DNA from: an uncultured Verrucomicrobiota bacterium
GTDB taxonomy: Bacteria; Verrucomicrobiota; Kiritimatiellia; RFP12; UBA1067
DNA length: 64,000 nucleotides
Assembly (NCBI GenBank): GCA_946055075.1
Contig: CAMGEN010000004.1
Span: 3,522-67,521 of the forward strand
Direction: 5' to 3'
Of the stretch, positions 25,250-34,601 are shown one piece after another. The notes beneath the pieces are model-generated. The model ran no database searches, was not told the origin of the DNA, and worked only from the letters and a program-made list of their open reading frames with translations. Numbering within the stretch: position 1 is the first letter of the stretch; each line of letters begins with the position of its first letter. The position numbers and the translations under genes are program-made.

Positions 25250-26652
25250 TCTCGTTCCTGCTAGCATCGTTCTTTTTCACAACTCCAGAACCAGTCGAGA
25301 TGCCGCGCGCGGAAGGCTGGCTGGTCCGGGAAGGCGGGAAGGTTCGTCTGGAGGACCGTTATCATACGGACGAGCTCTGGTATTCGCAGTCCGTCACCGG
25401 CTCCTGGTTTGACGGTGATAGTCGCCGGAGTTTCACGCTGGCTAGTCTGAACGTATTGCCGCCGGCGGTTGCGGGGATTGAGACGCGTAGGGATTATGAG
25501 GATTCGAAGGTTAAGCCGGATAAGCGCGATGATGAACAGCTCCGGCGGGGGCTGTCTGCGTTGCTGCAGTCTGAGATTCCTGAGAATTTCGTTCGTCCTC
25601 GGCAGAAGCTTAGGGGCATGAAGGACGTCCGTTATTATGAAGGCACGAATCTTCCCGCGATCGTCTGTGCGTTCCTGCCTGTGAGGTCGGATCACTGGTC
25701 CGTCGCCATCTGGGATCTGCCGGAAGGTGATGATTGTCGCGCGATGAAGGATCGTTTTGAGGACGAGTTCTGGAAAGAACTTGCGGAGCTGGAAACGGGT
25801 AATGAGGAACGGGAAATTGGGAATGGCGAGCGGAAGGGGAAGAAGGCGAAGCCGTCGGAGCGTGAGTTGTTGAAGCGGGATGCGGCGCATTCGGTGTCTG
25901 CCTATAAGCGGTGGCACGTTACGGCGGGCGAGGATTTCGTGATTCTGGATGATTTAAGGGATGCGCGGGTGTTTGTGAACTCGTTGACGAATGATTTGGC
26001 GGTCTGGCGAGGCAGATTCGCCGCGGCGCTGCCGACCGATGTCGACACGTCCGATGTGTTGTCCGTCGCCCGTATATACAGAAGTCGGTCGGACTTCCTG
26101 GCGGCGGCCGGCGAGGACATGCAGTGGGCGGCTGCATACTGGAGTCCATCGAGGCGCGAGTTGGTGGCGGCGTTGCCAGAAGACGGGGATCGTGCCGAGC
26201 TGCGACGAACGTTTCGTCACGAGGCGTTTCATCAGTATCTTTCCTATGCGACGGCGATGATTCCGGTATCGCCTTGGCTCAACGAGGGGTATGCGCAGTA
26301 TTTCGAGGACGAGGGACGGGATACGTTCGACCTGCCCTTGACGGAGGAGCAGTGGGATGAGATGGAGCTGGCGTTGCCGCGGCTGTTGGCGATGGATTAT
26401 TCGCAGTTCTATGCGGGGACGGACGTGCAACGACGGACAAATTATCGACTGGCATGGACTATCGCGTACTTTATGGAGCACGGTATGCGTGAAGTTCGAC
26501 ACGATCCTTTCAAGAATCTGAAGCGCGATTATTTCAAGGCGCTGAGCGAGACCAAGGATATGCGGGAAGCCGTCAGTCGGGCCTTTTCGTCAGAAGAGTC
26601 GTTGCGACTTTTCTGCAACGAGTGGAAGAGGTTCTGGAAAGTCGCTCATTGA
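25246..26652 (+). CDS. Hypothetical protein with a peptidase-MA/DUF1570-like motif pair
   Basis: RHEAFHQYLSY (HExxH) followed by WLNEGYAQYFE. GTGA overlap with mlaD. Confidence 0.55.
   Translation: MISFLLASFFFTTPEPVEMPRAEGWLVREGGKVRLEDRYHTDELWYSQSVTGSWFDGDSRRSFTLASLNVLPPAVAGIETRRDYEDSKVKPDKRDDEQLRRGLSALLQSEIPENFVRPRQKLRGMKDVRYYEGTNLPAIVCAFLPVRSDHWSVAIWDLPEGDDCRAMKDRFEDEFWKELAELETGNEEREIGNGERKGKKAKPSERELLKRDAAHSVSAYKRWHVTAGEDFVILDDLRDARVFVNSLTNDLAVWRGRFAAALPTDVDTSDVLSVARIYRSRSDFLAAAGEDMQWAAAYWSPSRRELVAALPEDGDRAELRRTFRHEAFHQYLSYATAMIPVSPWLNEGYAQYFEDEGRDTFDLPLTEEQWDEMELALPRLLAMDYSQFYAGTDVQRRTNYRLAWTIAYFMEHGMREVRHDPFKNLKRDYFKALSETKDMREAVSRAFSSEESLRLFCNEWKRFWKVAH
25797..25845. repeat. Degenerate heptamer array (GGGTAAT GAGGAAC GGGAAAT TGGGAAT GGCGAGC GGAAGGG GAAGAAG) inside a CDS
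   Basis: The core GGGAAATTGGGAATGG (25811) differs at 1 nt from GGGGAATTGGGAATGG at 54655. Encodes GNEEREIGNGERKGKK. Confidence 0.5.
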
Positions 26653-26680
26653 AAAATCGCCACATGAAAGGCGATTTTTT
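26653..26680 (+). terminator. Rho-independent terminator
   Basis: AAATCGCC-acatgaaa-GGCGATTT with a T-run. Confidence 0.8.
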
Positions 26681-26688
26681 GCTATAAT
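26680..26688 (+). promoter_or_regulatory. Extended -10 box TGcTATAAT, 8 nt before the ATG (leaderless geometry)
   Basis: The last T of the terminator T-tract is the T of TG. tgctataat-accatact-ATG(26697). Confidence 0.55.
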
Positions 26689-26696
26689 ACCATACT

Positions 26697-27725
26697 ATGA
26701 AATTGAAAGAGTTACTGTTCGCGTCCGTTTTGGCCGCGACTGTCACTGGTGTAGCCGCGCCGGGCGTTGGGCATGGTCCCGACGCACGATATGCCACTGA
26801 TGCGTTTCCGGGTTTCGATCTAGAGGAAGGAAATTTCAAGCCTTCGAAGAAGGAGCCGAGCTGGTTTTCGTTTATTTTCGGCCCGAAGATGGAGACGCCC
26901 GTTGCGCAATTCGCCTGGGCGGCGGAGCTGGAATCGAACGGTTCCATCTCTCGTGCTCGGCGTGCTTATGATGCGCTGGTTCGGGAGTGGCCGGCTGCTC
27001 CGGAGGCGTGCAAGGCGCAATTAAAGGTCGCCGAGTTGTACGTATCCGAGCTTGATTACGAGGAGGCGTTCAAGGAGTATCGTTATCTGCTAGATTTCTA
27101 TTCGTCGCAGTGTGATTTTGCCATGGTTTCCGACGAGATGTACAAACTGGCGGAGATCATGCGGGAAGAGGGGAAGACGATTGTGTTCTTCAATTTTCGC
27201 AATACAACCGATGTCCGCCGTGCATACGAGTCGCTGGTGCTGCGTGCGCCTGGCGCCTCCTTCACGCCGAAGGCGATGTTGACAATTGCGGAATTGCGTG
27301 AAGACGAGGATCAGTTGTACGAGGCGGTAGCGGTGTACGAGAATCTTCGTAATCTCTATCCTGTCGGCGAGGAGTCGACGGAGGCTGCATACCGTGAAGC
27401 GCGTACGCGCATGAATATTGTTCGTCGGCACGAATACAATCGCAACCGGGTACGGGATACCGCGGCGTTCTTGCGGCAGACGCTCACTGGGGTAGTTTTG
27501 CCTGAGGGGCGGGTGGCGGAGTTGCATGAGTGGCTGCGCGAGACCGAGGCGATCCTGGAGGACGAGGCCTGGAATGCGGCGAAGTTCTATGATTCGAGGA
27601 CGCGCACAAAGCGTAGTGCGATTAACGCCTATGGGGTGTTTCTCAAGGATTATCCTGAGGGGGCGCATGCAGCTGAGGCGCGAGCCCGTATTGACGAGCT
27701 TTCTAACGGAGGAGAATTGAAATGA
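26697..27725 (+). CDS. Secreted TPR-like protein (BamD/YfiO-like, tentative)
   Basis: Signal MKLKELLFASVLAATVTGVAAP. Helical-repeat composition. Family assignment is weak. Confidence 0.45.
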   Translation: MKLKELLFASVLAATVTGVAAPGVGHGPDARYATDAFPGFDLEEGNFKPSKKEPSWFSFIFGPKMETPVAQFAWAAELESNGSISRARRAYDALVREWPAAPEACKAQLKVAELYVSELDYEEAFKEYRYLLDFYSSQCDFAMVSDEMYKLAEIMREEGKTIVFFNFRNTTDVRRAYESLVLRAPGASFTPKAMLTIAELREDEDQLYEAVAVYENLRNLYPVGEESTEAAYREARTRMNIVRRHEYNRNRVRDTAAFLRQTLTGVVLPEGRVAELHEWLRETEAILEDEAWNAAKFYDSRTRTKRSAINAYGVFLKDYPEGAHAAEARARIDELSNGGELK

Positions 27726-28240
27726 AGCGGTTTCTGGCGGTGGCTTTACTGGTGTTATCAGTTTCCGGTTGCGCTTCATATACCTGGACGTCGTCCGTAC
27801 CATCGAAGATGCGCTCGGTGCAGGTTCCAACCTTCCGTAACGAATCTTCGCTTACGGAGTCGGCGTCATTAGTGACCCGGCAGGTTCTTAGGGAGTTCCA
27901 GCGAGAGGGAACTTTCAGCCTGATGTCCGATGGTGCTGCGCTCGAGATCCAGGGAGCGGTGACGGAGGTGTCAACATACGGAGTGGAGACGAATTACCGC
28001 ATCGGCTCACGGTATTACGGCGGGACGATGCGGATCGTCGCCATGGTGTCGGTTATCGACAAACTTAACGGGCGGATTCTGATTGACAACCGTGTTTATG
28101 TTGGAGAGGCGCCGTTTTCGTCTGGGCACGACAGTACGACGGCTCTTCGTGATGCAACCGCTCGTGCAGCCGACTTGCTTGCGCAGCATGTAGTTGATGA
28201 CGTGCTCAAGATGGATTTCAATGCGAAAACGGAGAAGTGA
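27722..28240 (+). CDS. Small lipoprotein (LptE-like, tentative)
   Basis: MKRFLAVALLVLSVSGCAS lipobox. ATGA overlap with the upstream gene. Size and position next to a BamD-like gene suggest the assignment. Confidence 0.45.
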   Translation: MKRFLAVALLVLSVSGCASYTWTSSVPSKMRSVQVPTFRNESSLTESASLVTRQVLREFQREGTFSLMSDGAALEIQGAVTEVSTYGVETNYRIGSRYYGGTMRIVAMVSVIDKLNGRILIDNRVYVGEAPFSSGHDSTTALRDATARAADLLAQHVVDDVLKMDFNAKTEK

Positions 28241-28545
28241 ATATGAATGACGTTCATGCGGTTATCGAGCTTAAGATCACGCCACAGCGTGACTGCGGTT
28301 TCGGAAAGCTTGCCGAGAGGGTGTCCAAGTTTGATCAGGTGGAAGCGTGTTTTTTGATGTCCGGCGCCTACGATCTGCTCGTCTTCGTCAAGGGAGACAG
28401 TCTTCAGGATGTGGCGCAATTCGTCGCGCAGGACCTGTCCACGATTGACGGGGTGGTTTCGACGGCGACCCATTTCATGCTTAAAACTTATAAGGCTAAG
28501 GGCGTTGCGGAGTCGCTTGGAGATGACCGCATCGCGATATCGTAA
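28237..28545 (+). CDS. Stand-alone Lrp/AsnC ligand-binding (RAM) domain protein without an HTH
   Basis: VIELKITPQ...FDQVEACFLMSGAYDLLVFVKGDSLQDVAQFV...IDGVVSTATHFMLKTYK is the AsnC_trans_reg pattern. Start is GTG 28237 or ATG 28243. Confidence 0.65.
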   Translation: MNMNDVHAVIELKITPQRDCGFGKLAERVSKFDQVEACFLMSGAYDLLVFVKGDSLQDVAQFVAQDLSTIDGVVSTATHFMLKTYKAKGVAESLGDDRIAIS

Positions 28546-28554
28546 GGAGGGTCT

Positions 28555-29934
28555 ATGGCAGTCGATTTGGCACAGAAGGCCCAGAACTTCACTAATCGCG
28601 GGCGTCAGGCTCTCGAGACTGGCAAGTATGATCTTGCCGTTGATATGCTGATGGAGGCGGTGTCTGCGGCTCCCGACGTCTTGGAGACGCGCAAGCTTCT
28701 CCGGGCGGCGCAGATAGCGAATTTCAAGCGTAATGGCAAGGTCGGTTTCGGGGCGAAGCTCGGTTATATGATGGCTCGCCAGAAGATCATGGGCCTTGTA
28801 AAGAAGGGGCGTGGCGCAGAGGCGATGTTGGAGGCTGAGAAGCTGCTTTCGCTCAATCCGCTCGACCCCGATAACATTGAGGCTGCGGTTAAGGCTGCGG
28901 AGGCTGCTGGGCGCGCCGATGCTGCGGCGCTGACGATTGAGGCGGCGTACGAGTGCTCGAATAATGACCCTTCGTTGTTGGAGCGTGTCGCCACCTATTA
29001 TACGATGGCCAATCGCTGGGAGAAGGCGCGTGACGCCTATCTTAAACTTGCCGAGCTTAAGCCCGGCGACCAGCGTATCGTCCAACTTCTCAAGAACACC
29101 GAGGCTCGTGCGACGATGAACTCCGGGTGGGAGCAGACCGCTGGCAAGAAGGGCGGCTTCCAGAATTTGATCGCGAATAAGGAGCAGGCCGCCAAGCTTG
29201 ATGCTGCGAACAAGGCCGTCGTCACCGGGGACGACGCGGAGTTGCTCATCAAGGAGAAGCTTGAGCAAATCGCGAAGGAGCCGAAGAACATGAACGCCCG
29301 TCGGGCGCTTGCGAGAATCTACACGCAGTCCAAGCGCTATGAGGAGGCGGTCGCTGCCCTTGAAGAGGCGATTCAGGTCAATGGCGCGATGGATCCTGAG
29401 CTTGACCGCATGCTCTCGCAGACTCGAATCCTTTACTATGATCAGGTCATTGATGCCTGGCGTGCCCAGGGAGACGAGGATACGGCTCAGCAGATCGAGG
29501 CCGAGAAGAACCAGTATGTTCTCGATGATCTTGCGCAACGTGTCGAACGTTATCCGAACGATCTACACCTGCGTTATCTTTTGGGCGTCCAGTACTACAC
29601 TTACGAGTATTATGACGAAGCGCTTGAGCAGCTTCAGCATGCGCAGAAGTCTCCGAAGGACCGTCTGAGTTCGCTCTACTATCTCGCGATGTGCTTCCTT
29701 GCCAAGGGCCAGAACGATATGGCGGTGATGCAGCTCGAGACAGCGCGCGATGCGATTCCGACGATGGATGATCTGAAGAAGAAGGTGGTTTACCAGCTCG
29801 GTCGTTGCGCCGAGGATGCCGGAGAGCTTGACAAGGCGTACCAGTACTATAAAGATGTTTATTCCACCGATATCGGCTTCGAGGATCTCTCGGAGCGCAT
29901 GATGTCCGTCTCCCAGAAACTCAAGGCCAAGTAA
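28555..29934 (+). CDS. TPR repeat protein
   Basis: Repeated A-x-x-x-Y/ A-L-E-x-A helical pairs throughout. No signal peptide seen. Confidence 0.65.
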   Translation: MAVDLAQKAQNFTNRGRQALETGKYDLAVDMLMEAVSAAPDVLETRKLLRAAQIANFKRNGKVGFGAKLGYMMARQKIMGLVKKGRGAEAMLEAEKLLSLNPLDPDNIEAAVKAAEAAGRADAAALTIEAAYECSNNDPSLLERVATYYTMANRWEKARDAYLKLAELKPGDQRIVQLLKNTEARATMNSGWEQTAGKKGGFQNLIANKEQAAKLDAANKAVVTGDDAELLIKEKLEQIAKEPKNMNARRALARIYTQSKRYEEAVAALEEAIQVNGAMDPELDRMLSQTRILYYDQVIDAWRAQGDEDTAQQIEAEKNQYVLDDLAQRVERYPNDLHLRYLLGVQYYTYEYYDEALEQLQHAQKSPKDRLSSLYYLAMCFLAKGQNDMAVMQLETARDAIPTMDDLKKKVVYQLGRCAEDAGELDKAYQYYKDVYSTDIGFEDLSERMMSVSQKLKAK

Positions 29935-29937
29935 CCG

Positions 29938-32262
29938 ATGATATCCACAATTCTTCTCGCCGCGACCTGGATCTCCGGCGTTAACCCCGAGCTTCACACC
30001 TATAATCGCGAAGGCGAATGCGGAACTGGTGCGGTCGTGCCGTGGGCCGGCTCCCTCTGGGCGATCTCCTATGCTCCGCACATGCCGAACCGGTCGACGG
30101 ACAAGCTTTACGAGATCAAGTCCGACTTCACCAAGGTCGTCCGCAAGGAGTCCATCGGCGGCACGCCCGCGAACCGGCTCATCCATGACGAGTCGAATCA
30201 GCTCTTCATCGGTCCGTATGCGATCGACGCCCAGGGCGGGGTCCGGGTGATGGACACGATCAATCCCGACGGCACGACCAATCTCTACGGACGGCTCACC
30301 GCCTCTGCTCGGCATCTCTTCGAGCCGGCGAAGAAGATCTACACGATGACGATGGAAGAAGGCGTATACGAGATCGACGTCGATACCCTCAAGGTCACCG
30401 AGCTCTTCCGCGACGGTAACATCCAGGGGTATGGCAAGCATGACGGCGTGCTGCTTCCAGGGTACCACGGCAAGGGCGGTTATTCCGGTCAGGGCCGGCT
30501 CGTCTACGCCAACAACGGCGAGTTCTCGCCGGCGGCGATGAAGGATCCCACGACCGAGGCCGGCGTGCTTGCGCAGTGGAACGGCAAGCCGGGCGCGGAG
30601 AATTGGCAGGTCGTGCTTCGCAATCAGTTCACCGACATCACCTCGAAGGGCGGCATCCATGGTGCGAAGGATCCGGCTAAGGATCCGCTGTGGGCGATCG
30701 GCTGGGACTACCGCAGTGTGATCCTGATGATTCTCGAGGATGGTGGCTGGCACAAGTACCGTCTTCCGAAGGGCTCCCATTCCTACGACGGAGCGCATGG
30801 TTGGAACACTGAATGGCCGCGAATCCGCGAGATCGGCGAGGGTGACGACTTCCTCATGACGATGCACGGGACCTTCTGGCATTTCCCCGCGACGATGAGC
30901 GTTGGAAATTCCGCCGGTATCCGTCCGCGCTCCAACTACCTCAAGATCGTCGGCGACTTCTGTCGCTGGGGCGACAAGGTGGTGCTCGGCTGCGATGATA
31001 CGGCGGCGAACGAATTCCTCAACAAGCGCATGGCGAAGGGCAGGATGGGAGGCCCTGGGCAGTCCAACAGCTCGCTCTGGTTCCTTGATCCTTCCGCCTT
31101 CGACACGTTCGGCCCGGCCATCGGCCGCGGCGCGGTCTGGTACGAGGATGACGTGAAGGCCGGTCAGCTCTCTGACCCCTATCTGCTTGACGGTTACGAG
31201 AGTCGCACGCTTTACGTCGCTGGGGACCTCGACTTCGACGTCGAGGTGGACGAGAAGGGCGACGGCACGTGGGTGAAGACGGGTCTCAAGAAGCGTTCCG
31301 CGGGCATTTATGATCTCAAGTTCGTGAAGGGCGCGTGGATCCGTCTTGTCGCGAACAAGGACGCCGAGAAGGTGACGGCGTTCTTCAATTACGCGAACTT
31401 CGATCGTCGTGCGGTTGCGAAGGCGAAGACCGTCGAAAGCCGCGGCATCCTCCGTTCGGGGAAGGGTGATGAGAACATTCCGCTTGAATACGGCGTCGGC
31501 GATTCGCTTTACGTGATGCTCCCGGAGAACGGGGAACTCAGGCTGAAGAAGTCCGGCGACGCCGCGGAACTCGCTGATCTGCGCAAGAATTTTGCGATCG
31601 ATCTGGCGGAGAAACTCGGCGACGAGTACGATGCCGCTTCCGCGGTCATCACTGATGACGACGGCAGGCGCTGGCGTTTCCCGTATGCGACGAAGGAGCC
31701 GCGGACCGGACGGCTCTGCCGCGAGTGCTGCACCGAGCGCGACCTCCTCAATCTCGCGGGCGTGATTTACGAGCTGCCGGCCGAGAACGCGGGCGGTTAC
31801 GCGAAGATCCGCGCGGTCTCGACGCCGGGCGAGTGGATGTACGACTACTGCACGTGGCGCGGGCTCTTCATCATCTCCGGAATCGTCCCAGAAGGGGATT
31901 TCGGCAAGGTCGTGAAGTCCGACGACGGCAAGGCTCAGCTCTGGGTCGGCGTTGCCGACGACCTCTGGAAGTTCGGCAAGCCGACGGGTATTGGCGGCCC
32001 CTGGAAGGACACCGAGGTCAGGCAGGGCGTTCCGTCCGATCCTTATCTGATGACCGGTTTCGATGAGAAATTCCTTACCGTTTCGTCCGATAAGGGAGCT
32101 AACGTCACGATCGAGCTCGACATCACCGGTACTGGAACATGGATTCCGTTCCGTACATTCAAGAGTGCAGACCGCATCAACATTTCGAATATCCGCGCTT
32201 ACTGGCTGCGTGCCGTCGCGGACCGTGATTGCAAAGCCACAGTTCAACTGGAGTACAAGTAA
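29938..32262 (+). CDS. Conserved-looking hypothetical protein (774 aa) with an internally duplicated C-terminal module
   Basis: Long ORF with normal composition, 3 nt after the upstream stop. Two modules, SDPYL(L/M)xG(Y/F)...GTW...(W/Y)(I/L)R(L/A)VA(N/D)xD, at about 31171-31392 and 32031-32259. Confidence 0.7.
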   Translation: MISTILLAATWISGVNPELHTYNREGECGTGAVVPWAGSLWAISYAPHMPNRSTDKLYEIKSDFTKVVRKESIGGTPANRLIHDESNQLFIGPYAIDAQGGVRVMDTINPDGTTNLYGRLTASARHLFEPAKKIYTMTMEEGVYEIDVDTLKVTELFRDGNIQGYGKHDGVLLPGYHGKGGYSGQGRLVYANNGEFSPAAMKDPTTEAGVLAQWNGKPGAENWQVVLRNQFTDITSKGGIHGAKDPAKDPLWAIGWDYRSVILMILEDGGWHKYRLPKGSHSYDGAHGWNTEWPRIREIGEGDDFLMTMHGTFWHFPATMSVGNSAGIRPRSNYLKIVGDFCRWGDKVVLGCDDTAANEFLNKRMAKGRMGGPGQSNSSLWFLDPSAFDTFGPAIGRGAVWYEDDVKAGQLSDPYLLDGYESRTLYVAGDLDFDVEVDEKGDGTWVKTGLKKRSAGIYDLKFVKGAWIRLVANKDAEKVTAFFNYANFDRRAVAKAKTVESRGILRSGKGDENIPLEYGVGDSLYVMLPENGELRLKKSGDAAELADLRKNFAIDLAEKLGDEYDAASAVITDDDGRRWRFPYATKEPRTGRLCRECCTERDLLNLAGVIYELPAENAGGYAKIRAVSTPGEWMYDYCTWRGLFIISGIVPEGDFGKVVKSDDGKAQLWVGVADDLWKFGKPTGIGGPWKDTEVRQGVPSDPYLMTGFDEKFLTVSSDKGANVTIELDITGTGTWIPFRTFKSADRINISNIRAYWLRAVADRDCKATVQLEYK

Positions 32263-33662
32263 TGAAAGCTAAACTGACTGTTACCGTCAACGAACAGACC
32301 AAGGCGTACGTGTTACCCGAGCAAGGCGTTAAGATCGGGCGCGATCCTGGGCAGTGCCAGTTGGCGCTGCAGGATCCGAACGTCTCCTCGCTTCATGCTT
32401 TCATCGCATGCCGTAAGGGACAGTGGGTGTTGCAGGATATGAATTCCACGAACGGCACGTTCGTGAATGGCGCGAAGATCTCGACCGTTGGGCTTAAGAA
32501 TGGCGATCGTATTAAGTTCGGCACGACTGTTCAGGCGAAGATCGAGATCGAGGAGCCGAAGAAGGAGGTCGCGGTTCATAAGGAGGAGCCTAAGGCTCCG
32601 GCGCCCGAAGTCGCCAAGACTTATATCAAGGTTGATAATACCCCGCCGCCCGAGATGAGTGCGGACGATGTGGCGCTCATCAAGTTGCTCAATGAGAAGT
32701 TTCAGCTTGCCAAGGAGAACCTTTCGCAGGTGGTTATCGGTCAGATGGATGTGATCGAGCTTGTCCTCACTGCGATTTTTGCCCGTGGTCATGTGCTGTT
32801 GATGGGTGTCCCCGGGCTCGCAAAGACGCTCCTTATCTCCACGCTTTCCAAGGTGCTCGACCTTGAGTTTAAGCGCGTGCAGTTCACCCCCGACCTGATG
32901 CCTTCCGACATCACCGGTACTGACGTCCTTGAGGAGGACAAAGAGTCCGGAGGTCGTAAATTCCGCTTCGTCGAAGGCCCCGTGTTCACCAACATGTTGC
33001 TTGCCGACGAAATCAACCGTACGCCGCCGAAGACTCAGGCCGCGCTGCTTGAGGCGATGCAGGAACACCACATCACCGTCGGCTCCCACACCTACAACCT
33101 GCCCGAGCCGTTCTTCGTCATGGCGACCCAGAACCCGATCGAACAGGAAGGCACCTATCCGCTGCCGGAAGCGCAGATGGACCGCTTCCTTTTCAATATC
33201 ATCGTCAAGTACCCCGGTGCAGAGGACGAGGAGACGATCATCCGGAACGTCACTTCCAATCATAAGGTCAAGCTCGAGAAGGTGCTCGACGGCGAAACGG
33301 TGATGAAGCTCCAGGACGTCGTCAAGCGCGTCCCCGTCGCCTCCCACGTCATCAAGTACGCGACGACCCTCGCGCGCATGTCGCGTCCAAAGGAGCCGGG
33401 CGTTCCAGAGTTCGTCAAGGAGCTCGTCGGCTGGGGAGCTGGCCCCCGTGCGGGCATCTCGCTCATAACCGCCGCGAAGGCGTGGGCAATTCTGCACGGA
33501 CGTCATCATTGCACGATGAAGGATGTCGCCGCGATTGCGATGCCGGTGCTTCGTCACCGCGTGATCACCACTTTCGCCGCTGAAGCTGCGGGCGTGACAT
33601 CCGACGATCTCGTGAACATGATGCTCAAGGAGCTCAAGCCCACTCTCGACCTGGAGATCTAA
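32262..33662 (+). CDS. FHA domain fused to a MoxR-type AAA+ ATPase
   Basis: N-terminal VKIGRDP..CQLALQDPNVSSLHAFI...WVLQDMNSTNGTFVNG (FHA). Then VIGQMDVIELVLTAIFARGHVLLMGVPGLAKT and LLADEINRTPPKTQAALLEAMQE (MoxR/AAA_3). Confidence 0.8.
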   Translation: MKAKLTVTVNEQTKAYVLPEQGVKIGRDPGQCQLALQDPNVSSLHAFIACRKGQWVLQDMNSTNGTFVNGAKISTVGLKNGDRIKFGTTVQAKIEIEEPKKEVAVHKEEPKAPAPEVAKTYIKVDNTPPPEMSADDVALIKLLNEKFQLAKENLSQVVIGQMDVIELVLTAIFARGHVLLMGVPGLAKTLLISTLSKVLDLEFKRVQFTPDLMPSDITGTDVLEEDKESGGRKFRFVEGPVFTNMLLADEINRTPPKTQAALLEAMQEHHITVGSHTYNLPEPFFVMATQNPIEQEGTYPLPEAQMDRFLFNIIVKYPGAEDEETIIRNVTSNHKVKLEKVLDGETVMKLQDVVKRVPVASHVIKYATTLARMSRPKEPGVPEFVKELVGWGAGPRAGISLITAAKAWAILHGRHHCTMKDVAAIAMPVLRHRVITTFAAEAAGVTSDDLVNMMLKELKPTLDLEI

Positions 33663-34598
33663 GTGGCTGCGAAGCAACCAGACTACATGAAGTGGCTGCC
33701 GCCGAAGACGACGGCCACGATCGCGCGGTGCGAGCTTTTCGGACGCACGATGAAGTCCGGATTCATCTCTGGTCGTCACCGTTCGCCGAAGAAGGGCAAC
33801 TCAGTCGAGTTCGCCGAGCACCGCCAGTACATGCCGGGCGACGACCTTCGTACTCTTGACTGGAAGGTGTTGGGTAGGAAGGACCGTCTTTACATCCGTC
33901 AGTATGAAGAGGAGTCGAACCTCCGTGCCAATATCCTCGTTGACTGTTCTGGCTCAATGGCTTTCGCCGGAGATGTCGCTGCGGAGGTGGATGGCAAGCG
34001 GCTTTCAAAGTTTGATTATGCGCGCTATCTTGCGGCAGGTCTTACCTACATGCTGGCTGGGCAGCAAGACGGCGTTGGTCTTGTTACCTTCGATACGAAG
34101 ATCCGCGAGTATCTCCCGGCGAAGTCGTCCGCGAGTCAGACACGCCGTATTCTTGAAACGCTAGACAAGACGAAGCCTGGGGCCGAGACCGATCCCGCGC
34201 CTATCTGCGATGAGATTGCGGAGCGGATCCCTTCCCGCGGACTTATTATCCTGATTTCAGACCTCTTCACTGAGGATATTGACCGGTTGCTCAAGGCTCT
34301 GCACCACTTCCACTACCGTAAGCACGAGATGATTGTGCTGCATGTGATGGCTGATGAGGAGCTTAGTTTCAATTATGACGGTCACATTCATTTTAAGAAT
34401 CTCGAAGGGGCGGAAGAGTTGTTGCTGGATGCTAAGTCCATCCGTGCTAGCTACCTTGAGCAGGTGAACAATTTCCTTAAGAAGACTGTGGACGGAATTC
34501 GTAAGACTGGTGCCGATTACGTGCCGATGAACACCAAGGTTCCGTTTGACAAGGCGATTGTCGAATATCTCGCGCGCAGGCGCTCGGGAGGCAGGTAA
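33663..34598 (+). CDS. DUF58 (vWA-like) protein, the usual MoxR partner
   Basis: GTG start directly after the MoxR stop. GRHRSPKKGNSVEFAEHRQYMPGDDLRTLDWKV and ILVDCSGSM motifs. Confidence 0.8.
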   Translation: MAAKQPDYMKWLPPKTTATIARCELFGRTMKSGFISGRHRSPKKGNSVEFAEHRQYMPGDDLRTLDWKVLGRKDRLYIRQYEEESNLRANILVDCSGSMAFAGDVAAEVDGKRLSKFDYARYLAAGLTYMLAGQQDGVGLVTFDTKIREYLPAKSSASQTRRILETLDKTKPGAETDPAPICDEIAERIPSRGLIILISDLFTEDIDRLLKALHHFHYRKHEMIVLHVMADEELSFNYDGHIHFKNLEGAEELLLDAKSIRASYLEQVNNFLKKTVDGIRKTGADYVPMNTKVPFDKAIVEYLARRRSGGR

Positions 34599-34601
34599 GC
34601 T

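Noticed and set aside
28096-32247. Minus-strand ORFs of 480 aa (28096-29538) and 894 aa (29563-32247)
   Set aside because: Antisense to the TPR gene and the 774-aa gene, which are tightly coupled to their + strand neighbours. Translations are low-complexity Arg/Leu-rich.
32313-33779. 488-aa minus-strand ORF
   Set aside because: Antisense to the FHA-MoxR gene, which has unambiguous Walker and MoxR motifs.
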